Assembly: GCA_028023455.1 (NCBI GenBank)
Contig: JAQFVV010000002.1
Span: forward strand, 4,712,001 to 4,776,000
Source of the DNA: Epiperipatus broadwayi
Lineage: Eukaryota; Animalia; Onychophora
Length of the DNA: 64,000 nucleotides
Direction of reading: 5' to 3'
In this document: piece by piece, positions 26,290 to 40,994 of the stretch
How the letters are laid out: each line of letters starts with the position of its first letter
How positions within the stretch are numbered: position 1 is the stretch's first letter
Notes under the pieces: model-generated
Database searches by the model: none
Seen by the model: only the letters and a program-made list of their open reading frames with translations
Told to the model about the DNA's origin: nothing
Position numbers and translations under genes: made by a program

Positions 26290-28760
26290 GATTTTTTCTC
26301 AAAATTTTTAGTCCTTAGGCATAAGGGACACTGTTCTTCATTGGAATTCTAATCACTTTGTAGGTTTAATCAAGAACATGGAAATTGAAAGAACTGATAT
26401 ATTGGTAAGCTTTGATGTGGAAAATTTATTTACAAATGTATCATGTGATGAAGCATAGTCTATATAATGGATACCATTCTGCATACTACAACTTACTTTC
26501 AATACAATTCAGAATTCTTCCAAGAAAATCAAAGAATGGCCATAGGCTCACCACAGTCACCATTGCTTAGCAACATTTACATGTCAGACTAGAAATCATA
26601 GCCATAGATACTACTCCATTTCCATCTAAAGTTTGGCTCACTATTTTGATGATACCTTCATTGTATGAAGACATGGTCAAGCATGGTTACAAGCATTCTG
26701 GATGAACATCAACAACTTATCTATATTCTTCAATTAAATTCACAATGGAATCAGAATAAGAACAAAAATTGGCATTTGTGGATATTTTTGTAACAATACT
26801 CTCTCATGGCTAAAAATCAACATACACTGGTAAGTAATTAACAACACAAATGATGGTATTCTATTATTACTATGGAACAGAGTAAAAGAAGTTTATTCAT
26901 AAACCAGTGATTTGGAAAAAGAAAAAATCTACATAGAACAAACTCTCATGAAGAATGGTTATTCATCAGTTGTCATCAAAAAAATCTTTAATAGACAACT
27001 AAAACAGACCCTAAAAGAGAAAACAATTATAGCTACTATATTATATCCATATAAACCAGGAACAGCCAACAAGTTAAAGAAAATCTAAAATCAATATACT
27101 TAAAATATTTTTCCAAGTCCATACTACATTTCAAGGAATTCCAACATCTACAAAGCCTTAACACTTTCCTTAAAAAAAATTTTTTTTAATTGAACAGTTT
27201 TTTTATTGGCCAAGTGAATTAAAGTTTTACAACTTTTGACTGGTCAATTAACAAACTCAGCTGTAAAAATATATTCATCTTTTAATATTATATTCATTTT
27301 AGTTTCATTTGTAAAAAGTATATTAATAATTTGTCAGATTATGAAAGTGAACGAAAGTTTTTTCAAAAATAAATTTCTATTTATAATTATAAAAATATTC
27401 AATAACGAAAGACATAAAAAGATAGTTCCTAACAAATTAAAAAAGTGCTGTGGGTGTCAATCATTTCTTTTTCAATTTTTGTTAGTGTAAAAGTAAAGAA
27501 TTTTTGAGTAAAATCTTACTAATTTTTTTTAAATAACTATATTTTCAGCATATTTTACCAAAATACATTATAATATGTAAATAAATGCCAGAAAAATACT
27601 GTAAATTATTCATTTCTGTTTGAAAATGAAATAAAGAGGGCAATGAAAATTATTGACAAGTGTCAAAATTGTTGTTAGCAGTGGCTTAGTCTTCAATTTA
27701 TGTTCGTGTAAAAGTATACAATTTTTTACTAAAATCTTACCATTTTTCTAAAATAACTATATTTTCCACATATTTTACCAAATAATTTATAATATGTAAA
27801 AAAAAATACTAAAAAAATGCTTCTAAAATATACATTTTCATTTTCAAATTGAAAACAAAGAAGTTGGAGTGGTGAAAAATATTGACCAGGGATCTCTTTT
27901 GTCCAATGAGCACCAACCAATCAGCATAAAGGAAGGATTGCCTTCTTCAATTGTTGAACTTATAATGGTCATTTTATTGTTTTTTACTTGTAAAATAATT
28001 CGAGAGGACAGCATCTTATGGTACTTTTTGTAAGCTTTAAAATAAGCTTAAAAACAGCACCGTAGCTCCAAAAATGATAGTTTCCAATTGACTTAAAGCT
28101 GTAAGCCATTCTGACACGAGCATACCTTTAAAAAGATTAACTAGAATTGCTTAAAAACAAAACTATATCCATGAAATACTATGTGAATGTGGAAAAAGTA
28201 TATTGGTGAAACCAGCTGACCTGTTGAAAAGCAATTGAAATAACACAATATAATGATTAGAAAAATTAAAAAAATCTATGTACAGTATCAGACTATGTAT
28301 GTTCTAATGAATATATGTTTGATTGAAAAAATATAAAAATATTGGAATAAAGTGGAAAAGGTGCAAAAAAGAAAATTCAAAGAAGCTACTTGTATGATAA
28401 TGGCAAATATTTTTATAAGTCAACCCGGTGTGACAATACATAATGACTGGAAGCCTCTAATTAATCTTGCTCTTAGGTAAAATTATTTGAACCATTCCTC
28501 ATAGATAAATTTATAAATTTTTACTGATTTTTACCTTTGACAGAATAGCTCAGTTGATTAAGGTGTTGTCTTAAAATTCAATATTCAAGAATCTAATGGT
28601 GTAAGTTTGACTCCTATACTAGCATTGTCACCTGTCAGGCCAGAAACACCTGAAGAAGAGTGGAGAATAATACAACTCAAATGTATAATCTACTAACCTA
28701 TGTTGTCGTTATGTGTTATTACTAATAGTTGTTTATATTTAGAAAAAAAAATTAAAAAAA
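26290..28760 (+). mobile_element. Decayed Penelope-like retroelement (RT + GIY-YIG + tRNA-like/HHR 3' region)
   Basis: RT motifs ILVSFDVENLFTNV (~26400), MAIGSPQSPLLSNIYM (~26540), YFDDTFIV (~26640), IKFTMESE and LAFVDI. GIY-YIG remnant NYIHEILCECG/YIGET (~28160) and RKFKEATCM. Degenerate HHR CTGAAGA at 28650. Confidence 0.9.
27162..28136. other. ~1-kb insertion splitting the PLE between RT and endonuclease
   Basis: The flanks rejoin to match the uninterrupted linker at 43075-43110. TTAA at 27158-27161 and 28137-28140. Internal ~220-bp-period duplication (about 27472-27600 vs 27691-27815). Confidence 0.6.
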
Positions 28761-29347
28761 GATTAGAATTTTCTAAACATTCAGCATTAAATGATAGATA
28801 ATGGTAATAGTTCATCATATTATCTCATCTAAAAATATTATCATCACAATCAGGAATATATATATTTAAGAAAAGAATGATTGTATTGGACTTACAGCAA
28901 GAGAAAAAATGATTATAAAAGACAATGCAAAATCTGTAAAAGCAATTAAAAATATCTAGGAGACTACAAACTATTAATTTGAAAAATTTATGGAGGCAAA
29001 TAATTAAGATTTTATATAATAGGTGAATCAAAAAATATCTAGGTTATGAGGAAGAATGGAGTTTTAAAACAGATGAATATACATATTAAGGAAAAAATCA
29101 GCAAAAAATTATTTACATAAAACAATGATATAAAGTTGCCATTCCACTTCAGAAGCTCTCCTATCCTTTTAAAACAACAACAAAAAACAAAACTCAAGTT
29201 AAATTTAAAAATAGTTATAATAAAGTAAATAAAATCTAAATATTAAAGTTCTTTTTAATATTAAAAATGTTTATCAACATATTATATCACTAGAGATTAA
29301 ATTACATGGTGTTATTAAAAAGTTGAAATCATTTAAAAATATATGTA

Positions 29348-29443
29348 TTTTTTTTTCATATGGGACGTGAACCCACAACCGTCTGCAACCATCTACTTGC
29401 TTGCAAGACGGTTGCGATGACCTCTTGGCTAACAATGCTTGAC
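29348..29443 (-). mobile_element. tRNA-related SINE, long-hairpin subfamily
   Basis: Shares GTCAAGCATTG...GAGGTCA and GGGTTCACGTCCC with the other copies; T-run tail on the plus strand. Confidence 0.85.
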
Positions 29444-29506
29444 TATAAAAAAAATATTTGAAAGCTAGAAGTGAAAAGCCTGCAAAGCAAAATTAAATGC
29501 TAAGTT

Positions 29507-29592
29507 CTTCATATGTCATAGCATTGGCTGGGACGCAAACCCACAACCGTCTGCAACCAACTACTTGCTTTCTAGGTGGTTGCGATGACCTC
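29507..29592 (-). mobile_element. 5'-truncated tRNA-related SINE with 13-bp TSD
   Basis: TSD TAAATGCTAAGTT at 29494-29506 and 29593-29605. Confidence 0.9.
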
Positions 29593-29844
29593 TAAATGCT
29601 AAGTTATTTGAATTTTGGATTGTTTTTACAAATAATGTTTTATAATTTTAGAAATGTTTAAAATGACTATTGTCTGTAGGTATATATTTAAAAAAAAATT
29701 AAAGAAAGTAAAGGTTGGCATTAAATATCTTCCTCTAATAATTACCAGAGATAGATGAAAGATAATGAGTGAAATCAATTATAGGGTCAAACACGTTGGT
29801 TTACTTTTAAGAAAAATAACATTAAAAGAAAATATATTTTAATA

Positions 29845-30039
29845 AAGGTAATCTGGACCAACTGATGATTGCTGGTTTAGCATGAAATACTTATATTGGT
29901 GATTATTTATCTTTTCAACATATGTGTGTTTAGGTGTATCAGTGTTATGAGATAGTATGGAGAGTGTTGGGTCAGGGGAAAGTCTGTGCTCATACCCTGT
30001 CTATTACATATATAGACACAGGTATATATAAGCCTGTGT
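29845..30039 (+). mobile_element. Family D HHR element
   Basis: ACCAA-CTGATGA-TTGCT GGTTT AGCAT-GAAATACTTATA^TTGGT (29857-29900). Ends in the hairpin ACACAGG..CCTGTGT. Confidence 0.85.
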
Positions 30040-31061
30040 ATTTCAGCTAAAGACTTCTTTATAATTGTGTTCTGCCAATAAATTTAAAACTTATAGATAT
30101 CAACCGCAGACTCAGTTAGGTTTAAGAAAAAGGAATAAAAGTAAAACATACAGTAAAAAACAGATATTAGTAACATTATTAAAAGAAACTAAAAGACTGA
30201 AATGAATCTAACAATAGAGTTAAAAAAATGTATAATTGAATTTCAAAGGATTTTAAGAACTTCAAAAGGAGACCACTTATAAGTTGTGTGAACAAAATAC
30301 AGAATATTTTTGGATTAATACTGAAGATGAAGATATTAATTTCAAGTACCAGAATAAATATGTAGAAACTTATGGCGATTCTACTGCATATATATTTGAA
30401 AACAATAATATTTAGCAATATTACATTCTAATTTAAAACGTTGTTGTCCTGTCTCTTCCACACACGTGTACATTATTAAGAAAACAATTTAAAGATATTG
30501 TAAAACTTTTTTTTTCTGAAGCAGATGTTATTTTCCATGTTAAATAATAAGTCTATATTTAATAAATCATTTACGTAATAAACTACTTTTTCAATATCCA
30601 TTGTAAATAACCTTTAATATTTGAAATCATTATTTCATAGGGATTTTTTTAAAATCGTAAAATATTTTCAGACTGCTTTTACAGACATTAGAATTTTCTT
30701 TGAACAATAGCTTTAAAAACAAACAAATAATTCTAGAATTGAATTTTTAATAAACAATTTTTTTTTCTATATATAAAATCTTTTTCACAATATAATTAAC
30801 TTCTATTGGATTAATAATTTGAAAAACTAGTTGTCATAGAAACAAGCTAGAATATTTCTGTGTAAATGATCTTCCCTTCGCTACTTAGAATAAAAAGCAA
30901 TAAATACAGATTTATTTGTTGTATTTTAAAAAAAAATGTCATCATTGTTTTAAAGAAAATAATAATGTTTACTTTCTCGTAATTAAAACTACATAGAAAT
31001 CGAGTTATGTAACATCCTTTTTTTCTTTGTCAGTTAACCTTCTTTTAAATATATTATTTTA

Positions 31062-31086
31062 GTGTGTGTGTGTGTGTGTGTGTGTG
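31062..31086. repeat. (GT)n microsatellite
   Basis: About 12 perfect GT units. Confidence 0.95.
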
Positions 31087-31585
31087 GAGGGGGTGCTCTC
31101 TAAAATAATTGTCCTGTAATAAAAATAAAATTATCTGGTATTTTATATTAATTGTTTTTATATATTTTGTAATAAGGAAATATGATTTTTCATAATTTAA
31201 AAATTGCATTTTTTTTTTTGTTTAATTACATGATTGGAAATATTATGCATTCTCTGCTTTGCAGAATAATGATGATAAAGTGAGTGTGAAGTTTCACAAA
31301 CAATATGATATAATGGTTAAGTTATAACTGGATTCCATTTCACAGAATATAGGTAACATTTTAGTATAGAAATTGGAATACAGCGTTCAATGACCGCAGG
31401 ATTTGCCTAGTTTAATCTTCTGGTATATAATTTTGATCTCATTATCATCTTTTAAAGTGAGCCTCTTTAGATTTAAACTAAAACTTGGAACTCAAGATAT
31501 AGAGTTCAAATATATTCCTTTAATTGGTTTTTGTAAATCTAATATAATTTAATTCCCTCATTGAAATGGAATATAACATTATACC

Positions 31586-32229
31586 TGTTATGTTTGGTCT
31601 GGATTACAGACCCAACTAACAGAAAATAATGTAAAATAATACTGAAACAAGTATTACAATTAATATATGTATTATATATACAATACAATATACAGTATAT
31701 ATACAAGTGAATAATTACAATGTTGAATATTGTAGTTCAATGTAAATTCTGGGTTCTGCCTACCGCTTCCAGCTACACCTGATGGCTTGCCTCATGGTTA
31801 GGGTATATGGCTCTTCCAGATTCCAGCTGTACAAGACAGCTTGCCTCAAGCCTAGAGTGATCTTAGCAGCATCCAGTCTCTGTGGGACTTGCCTAGCTGC
31901 ATAGACTAAATAGCATAGTGCTATCAATGGGAATACTTGCTGCTGTTCAGGTTAGCAGAGATTCCCTGGGAGAACACAAAGGGTCTTTTCAGGTTAGACA
32001 GATGTTCTTCCCTGATTTGCACAAAAGGCTGACTATTTATACCCAGATCCCTGACCTTATGGAAAACCTTCGGATTCAGAAAGCATCATTGCTTATTGGC
32101 CTGTAATAATCATTGGCTATGTTTTTATCTATATATCAGCCTATTGGCCTGTGGCAAACAATGCTTAATCCAATCAGATAAGGAGGCATTTCGAATAGTC
32201 CACTTCTGAGATAAGGGAGGACTATAATA
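31586..32229 (-). mobile_element. Probable solo LTR
   Basis: Ends TGTTATG...TATAATA (imperfect inverted repeat) with 5-bp TSD ATACC (31581-85 and 32230-34). GC-richer than the flanks. Minus-strand TATAAATA (32034-41) lies downstream of three CCAAT boxes (32095, 32112, 32143). Confidence 0.5.
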
Positions 32230-33557
32230 ATACCTTTTCTCCGTTAATAATTCAAACTTACCCCATATTTCCATTGATAATATATCAAGCCCACATAAAT
32301 ATTGACATTATATTCCCCCTACTAAAACAAGATTTACATAAATTTCTTATTATTTTTCAGGACTTAAATAACAAGCCAAATATTAATAAATAGACAAGAG
32401 AATTTATGCAATAAAATTATAAAAATATTTATTTACAACTTAATTAACATTATAAAAAAATGAATTAAAATAACTCCTTGATTCAAACTCTAAGCATCAT
32501 CTTCATTAAAAGTCATATACAATTAGATAATTGGATATATTTTATTAGATCTTAAAATCTATGAGTTTAACTAAAACTAATTTATTTATCTATCATTTAA
32601 TAACTTGAGTATAGATTTCATTTCTATATTTAAAATAATTATATATTTGTGTTGTACATGGCAAATTAATGATATGGAACTGTTTTTATTTGAATTAAAG
32701 CATGAAACAGGAGAATTTACACTTATATGAATAAATAGTTGAGGAAAATAATTAATGCAAACACTAACTTTGTAAATAATCAATGAACAAAAACATTTTT
32801 TTAAATGTAATGCAATATTTTATTCATTAAAAGCTAAAAATCATTTATAGATGTTGTGGAGGAATCATTTAAAAAATAATACATTGACCTTATTCAAATT
32901 CAGACTTACAAGGATAATACCAAAATAAAATTACACTATCAGCAGCTATTCTTAAATAAATGTAGCCATTCTAAACACCAAACTATTTTGGAGCTGAGTT
33001 TTGCAATGACTATATAAAATAATCTGAAGATCATAAAAAATTATCACATACAGACCAAGCAGGTTGAATTTTCTAATTATTTGATATTTTGCATTAATGC
33101 TTTAACTTCTTCCATAGAAAAACTTTCATTTCTAAAATTTAATAATATCATATCTAATTGTAACTCTTCATGTATTCTGTTCTCTGCTATATCTTCCCAA
33201 TGAAAATTATCATCACTACACTTCTTTAGAATATCTGGGAAATAATGTTATCTGTTCATGAAAATTGTGCTCAAATTCATTCTACAATACCCTTTTAGAA
33301 AGTTTTGCATTATTCGTTCATTTTATAGGTTCAATCCAATGAAAATATGATTTTACAACAGTGTATATATTTAAAAATATAAACAATATATAGATTGTTT
33401 TTATTATCTTGTCATTGGATTTTTAAAACTTTGTAGAGTTAATATTCTTAAATGAACGATTTCTAATGTTTTTATATTGCATCAATTTAATATTCAAATC
33501 TTCAATTCCATACAATAAATTAGATAAAATAACAGTTATATATTTATAAATATTTTA

Positions 33558-34085
<528 letters not shown>

Positions 34086-34540
34086 TAGCTGCAGCCATTA
34101 TTTCTCTATGATGAAACTTCCTTTCTGGTAACTTGTTAAGAGCAGCAGTAGCACATTGGATTCTACACTGCATCTCAAGATCTCTATGTCCACCTTTCTA
34201 CTTATAAAACTATCAAAATATTTAGATTGATTTACATTCTCATCCAAGCTAAAACTTGTTGAGAATTTTTCTTTCATTACTGGCTAATAATAAATGAGGT
34301 TTTTGAACATTAATTATTAAAGTGTTTATATTTGTGTTTATCTGAAAGTTTTTGATTATGGCATTATAGTAGTAATTATATCCATCATTTACATATTAAT
34401 TGTTAAATGATTTTAGAAAAATTTGAACTGTATTTAACCATTCTTAACTCATTCAACTGTTAGGAATAGTACACAGTTTATTATATAACTCAATGTTTCA
34501 ATTGATATTATTCACCTCTTAATCTGTATGCTATCATTAT

Positions 34541-34588
34541 CAGTTGAATACATTTGGAAATTTTAAATATTAGATGATGAAAATAGTC
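34541..34588 (+). mobile_element. Family B (PLE tail) fragment with internal deletion
   Basis: CAGTTGAATACATTTGGAAA joined to TATTAGATGATGAAAATAGTC matches two parts of 5340-5422. Confidence 0.6.
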
Positions 34589-34800
34589 TAACACATACTT
34601 ACAAAATGTTTATATATTGCATTCAAAACAAATTGATCGGACTAAAATAGCACAAACATTGGCATACTAAAAAATCAGAATTCAACAAGATGAATTTTTT
34701 GTTTTTACTTTTGATTTAAATTTAAAATTCCACCATCAAATCTGTATAGCATATTGATCTTTGTTTTATTCATATAAACAATTGCAAAAACCATTGTCAT

Positions 34801-35019
34801 TATAAATTTATTTAAACGCACATTGATTACGTAAGTAATATTTACTAAGGCTGTAACCTCAAGAATATGCATGTAAAAATGCAATAAAAGGGACCTCTAC
34901 AGGTCTTAACCATAAGCTTACATTTTTCTTCCAAAGCATAAGCTTGTGGTTAAGACCTGTAGAGGTCTCTATTATCACATTTTTACACGCATATTCTTGA
35001 GGTTACAGCCTTAGTAAAT
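34801..35019. mobile_element. Unassigned fold-back insertion with perfect 15-bp TSD, inside the RTE RT domain
   Basis: TSD AAAAACCATTGTCAT at 34786-34800 and 35020-35034. Arms about 34840-34920 and 34939-35020 with an 18-bp spacer. Confidence 0.85.
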
Positions 35020-38000
35020 AAAAACCATTGTCATAAAAGTTGAAAACAACATTGAAGCAAATGCTCATCTTTGTTTAACATTAGTTTTTATTTTAAATGC
35101 CTCAGATTTTTCCAATTGTAATAATAACACTTCCTCTCATTCAATTGTATATAAGCTGTAGTATTATATGCACAAATTTTGGTAGAAATCCATTTCAGAA
35201 AATGCTATAAATCTGTTTGATGAATTGAACCAAATGCTGTAACCAAATTCATAAAAGCAATGATTTTTGATTCATTAAAATCAATTGAGTCTATGGCAAT
35301 TGTTTATATATAACTAGAAGTAAACGTATTTCATAAAATCGTTGAAAATATTTTTCTGTAGTGCTAATAATGATATTTGACTGTAATTACTATAATCTTG
35401 TCTATATCTTCTATTAAGTTGAAACAATAGAAGCATTCTTAAGATCAAATGGCACAACTTTATGAGCCCATATATTGCTAAGAAAACTACCAATATTTTT
35501 GAAGATTACTACCCATATTTAAAAACTTCTCTAAATATTTCAAAATGACTTGCAGCCTTTCCAGTTTTAAGATTACAAAAAGCAATTGTTTTAACTCCAC
35601 TGAGCTGGATATCTTTATCCAAATCTACATGAGTGGATAAAATTGATATATCATTAAAAGTCATCATCTCAATTTTGTATAATTGTTCAAAAGATGATTC
35701 AGATAGTTCTCCCAAATATAAGTGCCGTCATATAATAGAATGTCATTGTTGGATTCAATAGAATATTGATACTATTTCTTTAGGTTCCTATTAGTGTATC
35801 AAAATAGATCTAGTGTAATAATGACCAGTGAATAATCTTATCATCCTTGGAGTTTTAATCTATAAATTGTTTTAAGACTTGATATCAGTTGTTCAAATTT
35901 TACCTTCAAATCTATATTTATTATGAAGTTTTGCAATCAATTTATTATTCTCTGAAGCATAGAATGACATTTATATTTTAATCAAATCACTAAAAATAAA
36001 ATTATCAGAAAAATAATCATGATTCTTCATTACTCATTTTCATAAAACATTTCTTAAAAGAATTCTAAGTGCCAGTAGTATGATAATCCTGAATAGTCAA
36101 TTAGCGATTTTTGTGTTTAACAGCTAATAAAGTACAATAATGAATGTCTTTTTTTTTTGTGAATATGATTAAAATAAGATCTATTTTTTGTCACAACTAC
36201 CATTTAAACTTGGAGTGCATTAATGTGTAATCAATATAACCATCTGTGCTTGCAAGTGCTCATATAATATAAACTGAATTGTTACATAATCTATTAAATG
36301 TCACTGCTTTGCTTGCAGATTCATCCATGTTTCTTTATAAAGATGTTTCAAACAAAGTATTTCTGATAGTCTTTGAGAAATCATTGAAGATAACAGTCCA
36401 TTTAAATTTACCACACCAATACCATTATTTCTCACAACTCTCAGTCAAAGTATATTATTTATAACAAAACAAGCATTAACATTATCAATAATAAAAATCT
36501 ACTCTTCCAAAAGTATTACTGTAATAAAGCTATCAACAAGAAATAAAAGGTTTCTTTCTATGAGTTCTCTAAATATGATACTGAAATATATGGAGTAATA
36601 AACAGACATAACCATTAGCTTTTCATTGATACAATAAAGAATTTCAAGAATGAAAGATATAACTTTTTTTTAGCAAATCCAATATTATTATTTTTATTAA
36701 TTAATCTGCCCTTCCCAAAAACTTGTTGTCTATCTGTTCTACTAAATTTCCTTCCTCTGGAAGTGAATTTTATTCTAATATTGAGTTTAAATTTTGATAT
36801 CTTCTTAAATACTAATGCTATACTCAATTTTTGTCCTGAAGAATTTGTATCAATAAAAATTTGCACATTTCATGTATTTATATCTTTTCCAAAGACTTTA
36901 TCATGTGTTTGAAGTGTTTGTATTCATTCATTTTATAGTTAAAATCCAAAGCGCATGTGCAACAGTTTAATGCTGTTTAAAATATTACAGTTTGTAAAAA
37001 ACATCGTGCTATATAAAATAATTGACTTATTTAAATACTTACTTTTAGTATTACTATTGATTTCTGTTTTACCACCATTACTATTAATATTTATATTTTT
37101 ATTTTTTGTTTTAATGACAACCTAGCCAGAATGTGTGTGACAAATCATTTTTAGATCATATTTTTTGTGCTTTTCCCCATCCAGGATAGGTAAGGCTATC
37201 CTTAAATTGGGATTTAAAAAAAAAACAATTTTTCCAATTGAAACTCCTGTCTCACCAGTCTCAAACTATTGATTTCCAGTCTACCAAGTCTTTTCCCATT
37301 GTCACTTCTTAATGCTCAAAGGCTTGAGCTTTAAAAAATGAAAAGAAAATTGAAGTGAGAAATGTGTGTATTTAAAGGATAGGAATGTGATTATACAAAC
37401 ATATAATTCCATTGTCATAGTTAATATTTAAAAAATGATAATGATGTGAAGACCTACAATAGCTGGATCCTATACTAACTTAAAATAAATGAAGAAGAAT
37501 GAGAAATAAACGGAAAATGATATTTATATTGGTTAAACCTTACTTATTCTTTAATGAATCAATATCTTTTTCTATGTGGCAGCAGAAAATATTCCTGGTT
37601 AGACACTGTTTATTTGTTATTCACAGTTAAACTCTATTTCGGAAAGTCTTTCCAATATTCCTCAGCTGTAAATCCCATTGTTAGTTGAACACAGCATCTA
37701 ACAAAATAAAATTATTAATCTCATATGTTCATAAATATAATATAACAATTGACAAATTGTTATATTATATTTATAGTTATATATTAACAGAAGTATTATT
37801 TATTTATTTCTCATATGTTCAGAAATCTGATTATCTTATTCACAAATTACTTATCTATCTAATATTTAACAAAAGGCATAACAATCAATTTATTAACTTT
37901 TAACTTCAATTGTAAGATAATAGACATGAGGAAAATATTCTCAACTGCTTAAACACATCATCTTATAGCTTAAATTTCTGATGTTTATAATAGAAGTAAT

Positions 38001-39220
38001 TCTCAAGAATTTACAGGCTACTAAATCATTATAACCCAAAGATTATCTCTGATACAACTATAATTAAAAAAAAAAATTTCTAAAATCATGAAACATATAT
38101 AGATAAATATAGAAAAGAATATGTTTAATATTATTAAATTCTGATTTCTATATTAAAACCCACTCACATGGATCTGTCATATTTCTATACGCATCAAAAT
38201 TAAGGTTTAGAATATATTGTATATAATAAATAAAGCAATTTTTATTAATATAATTTTATTATCAGTTGACTTATATTAATTTAAAATAACTTTATCAATT
38301 AGAATTTTACTTTCTATGATTCAGATAAAAATATATAAATATGCATGCATGTGTATTTATTAATTTATTTAAAAGAAACTAATTTATCATTTCAGTTTAA
38401 AACTTTTATCAAACTTTTAAAATATTGGTTTAACTAAAATTTATTATGAGAAAAGATGCTACTTCCATTCCTTGTTTCTAGTTGAAAGCTAATTTCTAAT
38501 ATCTCTATAATATGTATATTCTTTAATTAACAAAAACAAACAAAATGAAACAAGATGCAATTGAATTATATTTCTTTCGACTTTACTATAATGAATGATT
38601 TTATTCAAATGTTACAGTATTAAAATTTCTTAATATTTTTAAATACTGATATAAACCTAAAATTCCTTTATATATAAATATTTACATTTAATATTAGAAT
38701 ATATTAGCAAACAAATATTAAATAATAATAAAATAAGAAAAAGCAACAAGAATATTTAATTCATGATTAATATTAGCTTCTAGTTTTTTAAAACTAAGCA
38801 AACTCACAGTTCATGCTTCATTGGATCCATCTTAAATTTTGACTGATTATGTTAGGTTTTATGAATTCATGATCAATACAGCTGCATAATTTATATCCTG
38901 GATTTTAATAATATATTTTAACTAGGTGAGAATATAAATATACTAATTGGCTGAAAAATAGCTATAATGTGTTTATGTACATGAGGATATTTATTTCTCA
39001 CTTTTATACTTTTGAGAAACTTCTGTAGGCTTTTTAGTAGTCACTTTATTTACCCCTAAATAACTTTAAAATTTTCATGGACTTTTTTATAATTCTTCAT
39101 AAAACTGGACTTGACATCAAATAAAATACATTTTTAGAGCATTTCTTAGAATAGATGTCACTCTGATTGAGAGATTTTGAAACAGTTGTTACTCAAATAC
39201 TTTTATTGTTTGATGCATAA

Positions 39221-39366
39221 ATGTGTGGAGATGGTAATCTGGACCAACTGATGATTGCTGGATTAGCATAAAATACATATATTGGTGATTATTTATCTTT
39301 TCAACATATATGTGTTCAAGTGTATCATTGTTATGAGATAGAGTGGTGGGTCGTGTGAAAGTCTGC
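39221..39366 (+). mobile_element. Family D HHR element, truncated
   Basis: ACCAA-CTGATGA-TTGCT GGATT AGCAT-AAAATACATATA-TTGGT at 39243-39286 (G12->A). Confidence 0.85.
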
Positions 39367-39829
39367 CTAGAGTTCCCAGTTTGCCCTTAACATTTGTATA
39401 TAATTATCATTAAATGATCTAGCAGTATTTATTTTTATAAATGATTATGTAGCACAGCAGACAGTGAAATTAAATATTCTGAAAAAATTGTATAAATAAA
39501 TGAAAAATGCAGAATGATTTTACCACAAATTTTTTCTTTTTTAATTGACTTTTAACCATGAAGAAACTTCTAATTTCCTAATCAATAAAAAATTTAGCAT
39601 ATTTCATGTGACTGATTTTCCAAAATAATAAAATATATTCTTATTAAGGGATTTAAAATTATTTTTACCTACATATAAGATTAAAATCTTCATCAAATTC
39701 ATAACTATAAAGATATTAGTGAATAAGCAAAACTTGTCTAAAGTTTAAATGTAAACTAATAAAGTTAATGTGTTATTTCTTTTGGCATAATAAATTTATA
39801 ATAAGTATAAATGTATGAATTTTTTCTAC

Positions 39830-40153
39830 AGTACAGGCTTTTTATACCTGCACTTCAATATGTAATATATATATAGTGGATTTGAACTCAAACCTTCATA
39901 CGAACCTCAATGATCTATGCTATTTCATACTGCTGATACACTTGATCACACACATATCGAAAAGATAAATAATCACCAATATCCGTATTTCGTGCTAAAC
40001 CAGCACTCATAAGTTGATCCAGATTATCATCTCCACACATATATACAATCAATGCTCAGCTTATATTAAGAAAGCCAATTTTGGATTTCAAACCACTCCA
40101 CCCTACAACTCTTCAGCCGTTCATTTCATTGAAAATATGATGATGGAACACTA
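39830..40153 (-). mobile_element. Family D HHR element
   Basis: Minus-strand core with a perfect stem II, GTGCT GGTTT AGCAC-GAAA (39975-40018; first half reads CTTATGA). B-box-like GAGTTCAAATCC lies downstream. Confidence 0.85.
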
Positions 40154-40994
40154 ACTATTTTTTTTCTATTACTGCACTGTATTACATCATTTTATGTAAT
40201 GATCACGTGTTGTTTTATTTTTTAGTAAACATGCCTTATTTTAGAGTAGTGATAATATAATGTTTGACAATAAAAACGTATAACTTAAGCAGACAAAACA
40301 TCAATAATGTTATTTGATGAACAATCTTGAATTTGACATTTATTTTTTAGATTAAATTTTACTCTTAGTTTTAAAATATATGCAGTAAGAAATATTACCA
40401 TTAACACAGTTCTTGAACATTTATATATATATGTCTACATTTGTTGTTTTTTCTCCCTCACTAAAATGTTTTGAATGCAACAAAAACATTATTATATGTT
40501 TTTAAAAATAAACAAGGTGCTATATATTTTTTAGTTTCTTTGTTGTTGACATTTCGTGTTAGAATTATTAGATAGGCTATGTTTGAATAAACCTGTCATT
40601 TACTAAAATCACTTTTTCAAATGTTTGTATATTTTATAAAAGAGTAAAAAGCAAAAAATAAACTATAAAAATAATACAAAAACAGAGCTGGAAACTACTG
40701 AATCAATTTCAAATTTAAAAAATATTCAAAATTAACTCTCACACACACTTATGTATACAAACATATAAATAAAACTAAGGATTAGCGATAATCCATATAT
40801 TTTAAAAATGAATTGTTTTTATTTTATATTTTAACATAAATTTAGGATTATAAATTTGTCTCAGAATGCTCTGAAACTTGAATTTTTTTTATAGAATGTA
40901 CTCCCTATGAAGCATATTACTGTATTCTTTTTAGAATCGTTAATAAACGGTATTGATCATAATAAACATTATAACATAATTCTTTTATATATAT

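Noticed and set aside
30269-30415. Protein-like open frame ETTYKLCEQNTEYFWINTEDEDINFKYQNKYVETYGDSTAYIFENNNI
   Set aside because: No start, splice support or recognisable family. A BLASTx would be needed.
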